64,000 nucleotides of DNA from the human T2T-CHM13v2.0 reference genome, Homo sapiens, in the NCBI RefSeq assembly GCF_009914755.1, contig NC_060935.1. One strand, 5' to 3'. The notes beneath the pieces are model-generated. The model made no database searches. It had not been told where the DNA came from and was given only the letters and a program-made list of their open reading frames with translations. Below, in pieces: positions 1-14,648 of the stretch (its first letter is position 1; the number at the start of each line of letters is the position of its first letter). Both the position numbers and the translations under genes were made by a program.

Positions 1-2791
1 TTTGTTGGCACTGAATTGGCAGGTTGGTGAGTCTAGCCTACCTGCTTTGCAATTATATCTACTGGCCGGTATTGTAGGATTGAGTAACTGGAGAGACTCA
101 TCACTTAAGTAAATTAGAACCTGCTTCTGGGACCCATCTGAGATCACCCTCTGGTAGGGAGGCTGGTTAATCATGTTTCCTTTGTGCATACTGGAGAGAA
201 TCTGATAAAGGTGAGGGAGGGAAGAGGCGAAGGCAGTCCTGAGGCTTGCCTGAGTGTGGAAGGACCGGCGGCTTGGGAAGGCATTTCTTCAGCAGTCCTC
301 CTCAGCCAGCACTCTGGAAAAGGAAAACACAAAACTGTTAGAACAGAAATGGTCTTATGGTCCATTTTATGAGCTGCATCAGCCCTAATAATCAGCTCTG
401 GGGGAGACTCGTGTTAGTTTTTAAAACTAGAAGTCACTTTGCAGCCTCTGCAGACCAGTGATTTTAGTACAGTCCTCGTAAATTTTCTTTCTGAGGGGAA
501 ACTGGCAGGAGAATCCGATAGGCTGCAATGTAAGCTTGTAGTTCAGGTGCTGGGAAGCGGGTGTGAGATGGTTGGATTTTTCCATGGCTATGTTTTTGTG
601 GCCAGATAAAAGAATTGAGTGAAGATGAAATAAAGTTTAGGCAGACCCAACCCTTGTAGAAATCCCAGACACTCAGTTTACTCCACGTGACCTCTGGTGG
701 ACTGTTCAGCCTACCTGAGTGGCCTCTTCTCCTTTGTGGAAGGGAGCAAATGAGTCTTTTGATTAAAGTTGTTATAAATATTAGATGCTTGTAAAGGCTC
801 CGGCACATGGAGAATACCCAATAAATGGTAGTTATCATTAGGGCCATTTTTATGTGAGGAGGGCATATTATTTGTCATTTGTAAAGAACACTTGGGGACG
901 CAAACCAGGCAGAATGGGTAAACAAATTGGGTAAAATCCTATATTTTTTCAAAAAGCCATTTGAATGTGCACCTGAGGCCTGAAAATGTGGATTAGATAC
1001 AGATTGTGCTTTGATGAGAGTGCAGTTGTACCTCAAGGAAAGCCTCCTCCATCCCAACTCCAGGGTTCATGGAAGACGGTAGCATTCCTATTTGGTGTTG
1101 GGACCTCTTCAAGGCTTGAGAAAATATAAGGAGGAATTTAGAATCTGGGGAGAGGGATCCTTTCTCCCAGGAGTTTGTTGGGGTCAAGAAACGTAACTTT
1201 AAATGCTCCTATTGCAAGATTGGGTTTGTCGATACACAGGCAATTCTTTGGGTGTTCCAGTCCTATGGGGTGAGAAAGAATGAATATATATATTTTTTAT
1301 CTGTCTCTGTATGTGCCTGTGTCAATTCCTAGTAAATATTTATGGGCTGGCAAGTTGCAACTGGGAAAGGCCCATGTTTAACTGGCTAAATATTAATAAG
1401 CATATTCAAGAGAACTGAGGTCTTTGTTTTGTCTTCTTAAGAAATGAATCCGCTCTTATTCACTGTGTATTCACAGGAAACTGTGCTGTTCAGGGAAGAA
1501 GTACTGCCTTGTTTTCCTTGTAGGCTTTCCAGCTTGGATTTCGATTTCCACTGAGGCCTTATTTTTAAAAACATGTTTTTACAGCAGCATTACAACTGTG
1601 GAGATTATAGCAGTCTCCTACAGCTTTGGTTATGAAAATAATATATATCGTCTTTTTATTCCCTTTAATTGACCATTCTCTTACCTTCCTTTGTCTCCAC
1701 ATGGAGACACGGCTAGATATCTCCCTCCTTTGTATTTTTTTCTCTCTTCTCCAACACTCTGAGATCAAGGCCCAAGTAAGTACACACCTTCACTTTTATC
1801 CTGGTTTCCTGGTATCCAGTGAAATGGATTTCATACTGCTGAAATGTCCATCCTTTCCCCAACTCATATCTGTGGCTACTTCTACCTTTCTCTTCCTGGA
1901 ACTTTCCTGAAGAGTTAATTTCCTTATCTTGGCAGTGCTTCCCAGGAAACTCCCTTTTTTGCTCTGAGACAGACCTTTTAATAGTATTAAATCAAATGCT
2001 TCCAAACCATAGTTTAGACCCCCTGCTCTGGGAGCAGTCATCATAGGCAGGGCTTTGATGAACTCCCTTTGCAGGATCTGGTTGTCTATCCTGGTCACCT
2101 GGATTTACAAAAGGCTAAGAATAGCATTGGAGAAGACAGTCCTGTATTATTTTTCACTTACATACCTGAAAAATTAGTTTCTATCCGAATAGAAATGGAT
2201 TTCCACCCAGCCAGAGGTTTATGCTGAAAGATGTAAAGTGGAATTGGGAAGATAAAATTAGACTCTTTAGGAAAGAATGGGTTTCCCACCTCCACTATAA
2301 TCACTGTCATGCACCCTTATAAGTGGATTGGGTGTTGCTGAAATGCAAATGCCATTCGTTCTGTTGCTGATTTGCTTACCGAAAGTTGCAGAAATTCAAT
2401 CCATGCAGAAAATTCTATGAGTCACTTCATTTCCTGCAACATTTTTTTTCCATTATTCATATTATGGAAAAGAGCACATCAAAAAGGCAGGTCTGCAAAT
2501 AACACAGTTTTCAAAAAGATTGTTTTATTTTTCTTACGAAGAAGTTTTCCAGAAATCTGTAACCAGTATCAGGAATTCTCCAGCTTTGTATACATAGCCA
2601 CTCATGATCGGATTCTACTCCTTGCTTTTATCTTGCTTGTTGTCTTTGGGGTTTTGAAGATTTGAAGGAAACTGGTCAGAATTATTGACAAAGTGCTCAG
2701 GCCTCAAAAAATACTATCAGAATAAGGGACTGAAGAATATAACCTACTTTATTGTGTTTGTGTCTGGAGTATCTGAGTGTTAAAATTTGAA

Positions 2792-2898
2792 GCCCAGGGT
2801 AGCTCTCTGTATTGCTTGTTACATTTTAGGATTGCTTGCCCCTTGCTCCAATGGTGCAGGCAGAAGAAATGCAAACAAAGTACAGCATTAGCCTTAGC
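2792..2898 (+). ncRNA. MIR3973: MIR3973 precursor hairpin (intronic, host strand)
   Basis: ACAAAGTACAGCATTAGCCTTAG at 2875-2897 matches the recalled mature miR-3973. Arms pair (ctgtattgcttgtt with aacaaagtacag; ttgcttgccccttg with caatggtgcaggcag). MIR3973 is recalled to lie in LDLRAD3 intron 1. Confidence 0.85.
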
Positions 2899-3506
2899 AA
2901 AACATATAACTAGGACAGTGGATCTGCTGCCAAAAATACCATCTGCTGTTTTCCAAAGCCAGAGATGGATGACTTGAGTTGTCTCTGCCTTCAGCAAATA
3001 GTCAAGAGACTAAATAGATTTATTTACTTTAAGTTTGCCCAGCCCTTCATAATATTTCTTATTAGAAGAAGAATATATTTTGGAATTAGTGAAGATAGAC
3101 CCAACTCTTTGATTCCCAAATGGATGCCTAAAAATTTCCAATAGCTTCCAAATTGGATTTTCTTATTACTTTTCTTTCCCATCTCTTTCTACATAGGGCT
3201 GCCAGGTTAACCTACCTGAAGCATTACTCATCTCATGTCACTCCCTTGCTCAAAAACGGATGATGTTGGCTTCTCCTTGTGTATAAAGTTAAGTCCAAGT
3301 TCTATAGTCTGGCACTTAAAGCTTTTCCCACCCTTATATCCTCCTCTCCATGACCATTTGCTTTCATGCCTCCATTTAGCTCAGCGTTTCATTTGGAATA
3401 GAGGTCTGCATCATACCCAACCTGCAAAGCGGCCTGGGTGGAAATTATTCCATGCAGCATTCCATGATGCTTCCCCTGGAATAAATTTCCCCCTCCTTAG
3501 AAATTC

Positions 3507-3798
<292 letters not shown>

Positions 3799-4399
3799 CC
3801 TCTTAGTAATTCTTACATTCCATTTCTTACTTTCTTCTGTGGCATTTATGACTTCCAACTTTTATAATTATAAAATAATTTTAATTTTATAGCTCTTTAG
3901 GTGCACACTTCTTCTCTCCTGCTCAATAGTAGGTTTTTGATGTGCTCAAGTCTTGTATTCCCTGCAACCTTGAGTATAGTAGGTGTCTAATGCTTTCTTT
4001 TTGGGTAAATGAATGAATCAGTTAGTTGAATGAGTGCTTACTACAAAACAGAGCATGCGATAGGCAGCGGGTATCTATTAAATATAAATATCTTGTTCCA
4101 TGGCCCCAATCAGTGAAAAATGTCATTGTTGAGGAGGTCACTGGCTAGGAATTTTAGAAGTGAGAACACAGTGGTCATTGCTGTAGTCTAGATTTGGGTG
4201 GTCCTTCAACACTTCAGATGTATAATTAATTTGGGATTTGTGTATCAAAAGTTCTGCTACCTTTTAATACTCAATAATACTGATATTATAACCTTTGAAA
4301 GGGTGGAGAGAGAACCATAAGCAATTGTAACTTATGTATTCTTCATCAACAGGTCTATTCTGCTATTTTGGGGACATAGCAGAGGTCAGTTGGAAAGAG

Positions 4400-4580
4400 A
4401 TTTAGCGAGCCAGTTAGAGCCTGATTTGCATGCTAGTTCTCATTACCTGGCTTGTCATCTTGAACCTCAATTTCCTCATCTGGAAAATGGGTATAAGTAG
4501 CTACCCGATGCAGTGTGGATTAAATGACAAACAGAAAGCACCAGTGCAGGCTCTAACACATAGTGGGTGCTCCACGAATG
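4400..4580 (+). mobile_element. MIR SINE
   Basis: MIR core cttgaacctcaatttcctcatctggaaaatggg; boundaries approximate. Confidence 0.65.
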
Positions 4581-4808
4581 CAGGCATCACGTCTAAGGGA
4601 AGTCTGAGTGGCGGCCTGTCACCAGCATCATGACTGTTTGACTTCATAGTCTAACTGCATGACTGTGGGGAAGAAGGCAGGCACGGTCATAGAAGTTTGC
4701 TATTTTCTTCGAAAGTGATTTCTTACTATTGATTTTAATCAGTTTAGATTGTTGTTCTTCTATATTCTAAAGTCTCTAGGGGTTAGGAATTCTGATTAAT
4801 ATATTCTA

Positions 4809-5533
4809 TAGTAGTCTCCCCTTATCTTCGGGGGGTACATTTCAAGACCCCCAGTGGATGCCTGAAACCGAATATAGTACCAAATTGCTGTCAACTGGAA
4901 CCTATTTCTGTCCATGTGTTCCACCTACAAATTTAATGCCTTTCCATCCTAACTAAGCACTTATCACACACTCTGGCTATAACTTTTGCAGTTTGAGGTG
5001 TGACAGCAAAACTAGCACAAATTCTTTTTCCTTCTTCACAATTTCACAGATAGAAAATTTTTTCTCACTGTACATCTTAGCAACCTCAGCATAAGTTTTT
5101 TTTCCTTTCCTTACTAAGTCGAGAACTTTCACCTTTTCACTTAAAGGAAGCACTTTACAGCTTCTCTTTGGCATACCTGAATTACCAGCATCATTCTTCT
5201 TGTGCTTTGGGGCCATTATTAAATAAAATTGGTTACTGAAACACAAACATTGCAAGACAGAGGCAGTTGATCTGATAACTGAGACCGTTCTTAAGTGACT
5301 AATAGGCAGATAGTGTAGACAGTGTGTGTATGCTGGACAAAGGGAAGATTCATATCCTGGGCAGGACAGAGCAGGACGACACGAGATTTCATCACACCGC
5401 TCAGAATTGGACCACAATTCAGAACTTATGAATGGTTTATTTTTGGAATTTTCCATTAATATTTTCAGAAGTCCATTGACTGAGGGTAACTGAAACTGCA
5501 AAAAACGAAACTGCAGAAAAGGGAGGACTATTG
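4809..5533 (-). mobile_element. MER44C-like (Tigger7-derived) DNA transposon
   Basis: TIRs tagtagtctcccctt ... aagggaggactattg flanked by TA on both sides; carries transposase N-terminus MAPK..KVLPLSEKVKVLDLVRK. Confidence 0.9.
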
Positions 5534-5995
5534 TATTTCAAGATGTGAACTTCTGGGAATTTTAAAACTGGAAAAAAGCTGGATGGAAAAGTTGAAAAGA
5601 AAAAAGTCAGATGTTTGGGAGCAGAGGTTGGAAATTTATGCAGTTTCAATTCTATTTCCATTATACTTCTAAAGTTACCGTTAATTTTGAAATATAAAAA
5701 ATGTCCATTTTGTATAAATCAGCTTGCCCAAAGGTATTATATTTGGTATATTTAGAGATAGAAATGCTGTTCCTTATTTGTACAGGCAACCTGAGAAATA
5801 TTTTGTTTTCCAAATATCGCTGAGTGTTCTTATCTCTTGTCCTTTGAGCAGTACTGAGGATAATGCCTGATTCATAAGGGCAGTTGGGTAATAATACATT
5901 TTTTTCTGAAATTGTGTGCTTATTAGCAGGGCTTCTTAGCCTCTCAGCAGTTTGCTGATGCAAAGGGACTTTGAAGGAATGATGTCTGTTTCTTC

Positions 5996-6396
5996 TTCTT
6001 CTTTTTTTTTACTTTAAGTTCCGAGATACATGTGCAGAATGTGCAGGTTTGTTACATAGGTATACATGTGCCATGGTGGTTTGCTGCACCTGTCTACCCA
6101 TTGTCTAGGTTTTAAGCCCTGCATACATTAGGTATTTGTCCTGATGCTCTCCCTCCCCTTGCCCCCCACCCCCCTACAGGCCCCTGTGTGTGATATTCCC
6201 TTCCCTGTGTCCATGTGTTCTCATTGTTCAACTCCCACTTATGAGTGAGAACATGTGGTGTTTGGTTTTCTGTTCCTGTGTTAGTTTGCCGAGAGTGATG
6301 GCTTCCAGCTTGATCCATGTCCCTGCAAAGGACATGAACTCATTCTTTTTTATGGCTGCATAGTATTCCATGGTATATATGTGCCATATTTTCTTT
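5996..6396 (-). mobile_element. 5'-truncated L1PA (about L1PA8) 3' UTR
   Basis: L1PA 3'-end sequence; about 20-bp TSD aggaatgatgtctgtttctt / aggagtgatgtctatttctt. Confidence 0.92.
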
Positions 6397-8171
6397 AGGA
6401 GTGATGTCTATTTCTTTGGATGGTGTTTTACAAAGTCTGTTTCCTTTTCTTCTCAGGAGTTTGCAAACCCCCAGGGGAGTGTGCCTGAGTTTTTTCCTTC
6501 TCTCTAGCTGGGGTGATTGACAGTGGCTGTTACAGATGCCTTGAAATCTTTCTGCCTCCCATCCACCAGTTTTGCTGCTGCCCCATAGATAAGTGTTGTC
6601 CGCTAGGATCAGGAAGACATTGGTGGAGAGCTAAGGTAAGGCAGGCTTTGCAGGCACACCCCCTTTTTTTTCCTCAAAAAGATACTTTATAAAAAAGTCT
6701 TCAGTTGGTTCTTTCTTTTGAAACCTTTCCTCCTGTGGTTTTTGGTTGTGTGTCCTGTTGCTGAACTGTGGGCCTGTGATTCTTGGGCCTGGCAAGTGTG
6801 TGCTGAGGTGTTCCTTCCACGCCTCCCTGTTCTTGGAGGCTGAGCTTTGAGCAGACCTTTGCGTGTTTACACAAGTTTGGGATTTTTACTGGGGTTGGAG
6901 AGGTGTCTGGAGATGGAGTTGCTCTGGGCAGAAGTTTGAACAGAAGCTGTTTTGTGGGAACACAAGAAGCTGATCTGAGAAAGAGAGACAGACAGATAGA
7001 CAGAGAGAGGGGTGCATGACCGGCATGGAGCTGTGTACTAAATACAAAGGAATGGTATTACCAGCCTAGGCTTTAATGAAAATGCTGTGTAACACCATTA
7101 TGGGAAATGATAACTTCTGTTGTGCCCAAGGAATGGAAGCGGCTGGAAGGGTGCAGTATGGGATGTGCATGGTACCTGCAGTGATGGTAACGCCTGGAGT
7201 GCTCTTAAAGTCACAACTCCCCTTGGCTGGGTGGCCCATCACACCTGCTCCCTCCTTTCCCGCCTGCCATGGGGAGGTGGCAGAAACTTTGCTGGCGAGG
7301 TGAAATCAGCCTTCCTCTCCCAGGGTTCAGACTCCTTCCTGAACATCTATCTGGGCAGTGGTGATGACAGGGCAGTGCCTTTTTGAAAGAATTATTACGG
7401 CAGAAAAGAGGAAGAAAGCCAGGTTCAGACATCTCCCTTGGCTGCAGGCAGAAATCAGCATTCAGTTGTCTAATCTGTAGACTCATCAAACATAAATTAT
7501 TCTGGATTGCTTTTCTCTCTGTATAGCTTGCTATAAACTTTATGATTTATTTTTATTTTATTTTTTGCCAAAGACAAATAAAAAATGTTTAAACAAAAGA
7601 AGGGGGGAGCCCCCAGACGAACCATGTGGAAAAGTTCAGTGAAGAACCCCCTAGGATTCCTGATAACCAAGAATAATCCCAGAAGAGTTTGGAAAGTGAG
7701 TTGGATTGTAACTGGAGCTGGAATTGGCTTCCAGGGCAGTCCCCTACTCCCTGTTCAGATTCATTTTGGAACTGAAGCGACAGCAGCCATGTAGACTTTT
7801 CTGCATGCATCCCAGAGTCTGGCTGTTAAGCCGAGCTTCAGTAGATGCCACCGCAGAGCCTTGCGCCAGGTCTGAGAAGTTTGCATGCTTGGGGTTTATC
7901 AGGGTGTGGCTCGTGCCATTTTGGGCATTGCAGAAAAGGAGTGGGGCTGTTTTGAGTATTCAGAGAAAATGAGTGAATCAATTAAAAATAAATCCGGGAC
8001 ATGCCATTCCCCCCCCCGCCCCCTGCCCCCATTGCCTGTCCCCGTCCCCACCCCTTGTCATTGCATTGTGAACTCTTGGACTTGATAGTGAGGTTGCTGG
8101 TTGCTCAGGCTGTAGAAGGAAGAAAGGAGAGGAATGGTGTCTATAAGCCAGCTGTGCTGTTCAAAAACATG

Positions 8172-8425
8172 TTTTTTACTTTTTATTTAAGTAAACTTTT
8201 TATAGAAACTTAACGCACATACCGAAGAGCGCGCAGATGTTAACTGGGGAGCTCTATGAATTTCCATGAAGTAAACACACCTGGGGAACCAGGGCTTAGC
8301 TCAAGAAGTACAGCATTGCCAACCCCAGAGCCCCGGTGGTGCCCCCACTCCATCCTCCCCCTGCCCCCCGCCACTGTTCTGACTTCCAACATCACAGATT
8401 CCTTTCTTCTGTTTTTGAACTGGCA
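8172..8425 (-). mobile_element. old L1ME-type 3' end fragment
   Basis: T-rich start, then ...gtaaacacacct..., ccactgttctgacttc...tttgaact typical of L1M 3' ends. Confidence 0.55.
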
Positions 8426-9613
8426 AGAATGTCTGGCTCCTTTTACTCCACGTTAAAAAGATCTAGTTTCCACCTCATCTTCCAGGAGGTGGGTTGTAGG
8501 ATAACCCTCCACCCACTTGGGTTGCAAGGACAACTCCAAAACCTTGGCGACCCGACCTCCCACAAGCCTTGGGCTCCAGACTCCAGCACTCTTGTTCCAG
8601 GCGCCCTTGAATGAGCTCGTCTGTTTTCCAGCAGAAATCGTGGCCTGATGCCACCTGGAAGACCCAGTAGCATGGAAATAGGAGTCCAGAGCAGGCTGTA
8701 AGTGTGAGCTCACAGGGAGGGCAAGTGAGATTTGGAGAGACCTGCCACATTCCCCGCAGAGGACGAATGACGTTTACATCCCTTAATCAGAGTCAGAGGC
8801 ATCCCACCCAGGCAACTGAGGTGTGGGCCTCTTGTGGGGAGTGGGGCTGGCCAGAAGGGAGGGGAGAAGTGTGGCTGTGGAAGGTGGCTCATAAGAGCTT
8901 TTATAGAATACACTTGTGTTCTAAAAGGGAATAAAAGGAAACATAGCCCTTGGGTCATTTTCTATGCTAACTCATTAATAAGCAGTCACCCACAGGTTTC
9001 TCCAAGTGATTCCTTGTTCAGTTTTTCTTTTTAGTTTGAGCCAACATTTGGGACTATTAGTTTCTGACTGTATCAAGTACTCTTATCCCAAACTTACTTC
9101 TCTTGTGCTTTAAGGAATGCTTCATGAAAATATTTTGTAATTTGGTGAGTAAGATGACTGTTTCCTTTTGGGTTTTGTTTCTTAATGTTAAAGGAACAAA
9201 TCTTTCTCTGTGTGTATGTATTTTTACAATGAGCAGCGCTATGCCACCTCTCCCCTAAATCATCTTGGCCGCTTTCGTAAGTTCTCCAGGCATATTTACT
9301 ATGGTGACACTTTAAGCAATTGGTTCTGAAGAAAAGATGCCAATAGAAAATATACCCACATTCTAAAAGGACCTCTCAGTTCCTTCCCTGCAGAGTGTGT
9401 GTTCTAAGATTGTGCAGATATAAATGTAAATACCAGTACACTATACATCTACATCTCTAGCGATGAACAAACATGGGATTCTGCTATACATATTGTTTTC
9501 CAACTTGCTTTTTCCCTTCTGACTCTATTGTGGCTATTCTTCCGTGTCAGTACGTTCTAACTCCTGAATTCTTTTTAAAGGCTGATGTGGTAGTATGGCT
9601 ATATTGCATCATA

Positions 9614-11173
<1,560 letters not shown>

Positions 11174-11179
11174 CATTTA

Positions 11180-11630
11180 CCTATCTCCTCTTATAGACAC
11201 TTGAGTTCTTTAAAGTTTTGGACTTTTACAAGTGATGCTATAAATAAAAAAAACCCAGCCTTTTATGTGTTTCTCCCTGCATTTATATATTTCTAAGGCT
11301 AGATTCCTAGAAATACAATCAGTGGGTCCAAAGGTAAGCTCATTATAAATTGTGCCAGGTGCTGTCAAATGGCCCTAGAGAGATGGTACCAATTTATACT
11401 CCCACCAGTAGGGTCTGAGGGTGCCAGTTTCCTCACCCTGCCAACCCTCAAGAGTACTCATCTTTTCAACTTTTGCCAGTCGCATTGTTCTAAACAATGG
11501 CATTTCACGTGCATTTGTTTACCTGCTAGTGAGGCTGTGCATCTTTTCATTTATTAGCCATGTTTATTTTTTGTGCCATGCTTGTTCGTTTTCTTTATTC
11601 ATTTTTTTCTTGGTTTGTTTGCAGTTCTCT
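11180..11630 (-). mobile_element. old L1M fragment (continues about 9430-9610 on the other side of HSMAR2)
   Basis: ttcctagaaat..., ccaatttatactcccaccag, tttgccagtc motifs of L1M 3' region. Confidence 0.6.
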
Positions 11631-13199
11631 TAAGGAGTTCCAATTAGGGACATAGAGGATTGTTTTAAAACACACATTTAGAAAAAAAAATCTCGATGGG
11701 CATTTCTGGCTATAAAACTCTATAAAAGACCAAGTACTTCTTCTTTCTGGCATTGAAGGCTTTGGTTTTCTGCTTTGTTTTTATTTAATTAGGTGAAATT
11801 TTTCCTCCTGGCTGGAGAGTCCGGCTGTCTGTAAATGCATTATCATTTGTGCAGCACGGGGTAGATTGTGATCTGAGCTGGAAAGTGAGCCATGCCAGGC
11901 AGGGGTTGGAGCCTGTTGGAGCTGATTATCGCGGGTGTTCAGTGCAAAGCTGAATCTCTTGCCCCGTGTCTCTTAAAAACCATGGTCTCTCATGTTGTTA
12001 GCATAAAGGCACTTGATTGACAAAAGGAGAGACAGGGAGAGTCTCTGGAGATGTGCTGGCACTCTGGTTCATTATGTTTCTTTATTCTGCTGGCATTTCC
12101 TATGTCAGTCTTGCTTCGTGTGGAGCCATTATTCCTCTCTTCACATCCAGGTCATGTGGAGAGCTGCCACCTTCCATATAGGTAGATAACCTGGCCTCAT
12201 TGTTCATAGGACACCAGAGCTTCCAGGAATGGGGTGGCCAAGGGCCTGGGTCCCAGCACTTCAGTGGCCGTTGATAACAGAGGCAAGCTTTCGACTGAAC
12301 CCCTTTAGGCTCCTTCATTCCTGCCAGCTCACCCTTACCTCTCCAGTAGTAAAGGGCTTGTGCCTTTGCCTGCTCTGGGTGAGAGTCCCAGAGCACAGTA
12401 GCCCATCAAACTGTGTTGCAGCTGTCACTATTCCCTGGATACAGAAAGAAACAAAGGCCAAAGTTAGGGTGCTAATGGTTTGGGATTCACCATGGGGAGA
12501 AGGTGAATCAACCTCTCTGTGGATGGAGGACTGGAGGCGTGACTGAGAGGCGGTCTGCCACCCAGTGCAGAGCAGAAACAGAGGGCTGACTCAGAGAGGC
12601 GTTGTCACCTGCTGGATGCACTTGGGCCTGGCTCTCTTCCCCTTTAACATGTGTCTGACCTTGATTCCCTGTGAGCTGGCTCTGTGGGCATGGGTCATCA
12701 CAGAATGCTGGGTTTGTCTATGGGCAGCTGTGTCAGATGATGCTGACAGCACATGTTATCACATGCAAAGTCCTTGTGCCCCGGAGTTCTGGAGGCAAGC
12801 TTTTACCTGCCAAAGTTGCAGTATGAAGGACTGGACTACATTTGAATTTTTACTTTGAGCCATGAAGAATTACTGGTTTACACTCAAGCTAATCTGGAGG
12901 TAAAGGTTGCCTCACAGAAAATCCTAGGGTCCATAGCCTTCTCAGGAAAGAAAATAATAATATGAATAAAAAATAATATGAATAAAAACATGAATTTTTG
13001 GTTCCTATGCCCGCTCCTACCTTTTAAAATAAGCAAGTTATTATCTGAGCGTGAAGAGACATGTTTTAGTTCTGTAATCTTAAAATGCATGCAAATAGGG
13101 ACTGTCCACAAGATGGAGGAATAATCCTAATTTGAAGGAATAATCCACAAAATGTTTATAGTATTTTAGCACAGGGAAGCAACTGTCCATTTTTCCCTC

Positions 13200-14330
13200 C
13201 TTCTTTTTCTCTCTCCATTTCGATAGACACTCTGTTGTGGGCTCTGGGCTACATTAGAACACATTCCCTCCTGTAGTTTAAAAGTTGTTCATGAGTTGTC
13301 GGGGGAAGAAAGGCACCCAACAGAAATTTGTGGAGCATTATGGTAAATGAAGAGATAGAGGTTTGCATAAGTTATGTTGAGAGGTCCGAGTGGGGGCTTG
13401 TACATTGTCTTGGGGGACTAGGGAGAAAACCCCTGGAGAGGTGGGCTGGCCAGGATACCCAGGGCACCTCTGCTGACCCAGGGACCTTGAGTTTTACCCG
13501 CTGTGGAATGGGGATTTGAAACAGCATGTGACGTGGTCAGATTTGTTCTACAGCTGTGTGAAGGATGCTTTTAGAAGCCAAGACTGGAGCCAGGAAAGCC
13601 AGTAAGGAAGCCATTAGTGCCAAAGAGGTAAGAGAAGCATTTGGACTAGGGTTGTGAGTGACAGGGATGGGACATATTAATGAAAGCATCAGTTGGTTGA
13701 TGGCGGTGGGGGTGAGGGAGAGGGATGGTTGGTGGTTCTACCAGCTGAGATGGCGCATGATGCAGGAGGAGCAGCTTTAGAAGAAAACCCCAACATTCTG
13801 TTTTGGACATGCTGAGCTTGTGCCAGGGATGGAAGTATCTTTGGCAATACGGGGTGGAAATGTGAAGCCAAGGGTGGATGGAGGATGTCGTTGAAGGGAA
13901 GAGAACTGAATTGGCGGTGTTGGTTTGGAAGTTATCACCGTGAAGGTCCAACTAATAGTGGACAAAATGACTTAACTAGGGAAGATATCGCTTGTTTAAG
14001 CAGTTGGGAGCAAAACTCTGAAGGCTGTTAAGGGAGGGAAAGGAGCTTCCGAGATGACTGAGAAGGAATGATCAGAGAGCCAGGTGTGTGTTAACGGGAG
14101 GCAGAGGAAGAGAAGAATATGGTGTGAGGGTGGCCAAGGGAATGGAGTTTCAGAAGGAGGGAATGATCTAGCTGATCCAAAGCAGCAGAATTGTGCCTAA
14201 GGAAGAGATGGAAAATTAACGTTTGAATTCAATGATTGGGAGGCCCCCTGGTGACTTTGTGAAGACAGATTCAGGAGAGAGTGATGGTGGTGGGAACCGG
14301 ACAGATGGCAAGGGATTGAAGAATATGCAG
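13200..14330 (-). mobile_element. L2 LINE remnant
   Basis: Purine-rich L2-like sequence (ttttggacatgctgagcttg, gatggaagtatc); boundaries approximate. Confidence 0.55.
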
Positions 14331-14344
14331 ACTGTAGGGTTTAA

Positions 14345-14648
<304 letters not shown>

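Noticed and set aside
2792-2910. H/ACA snoRNA reading of the MIR3973 region (AGAAGA H-box, ACA near 2903)
   Set aside because: Only about 35 nt between the boxes, too short for a second hairpin, and the H-box lies inside the main stem
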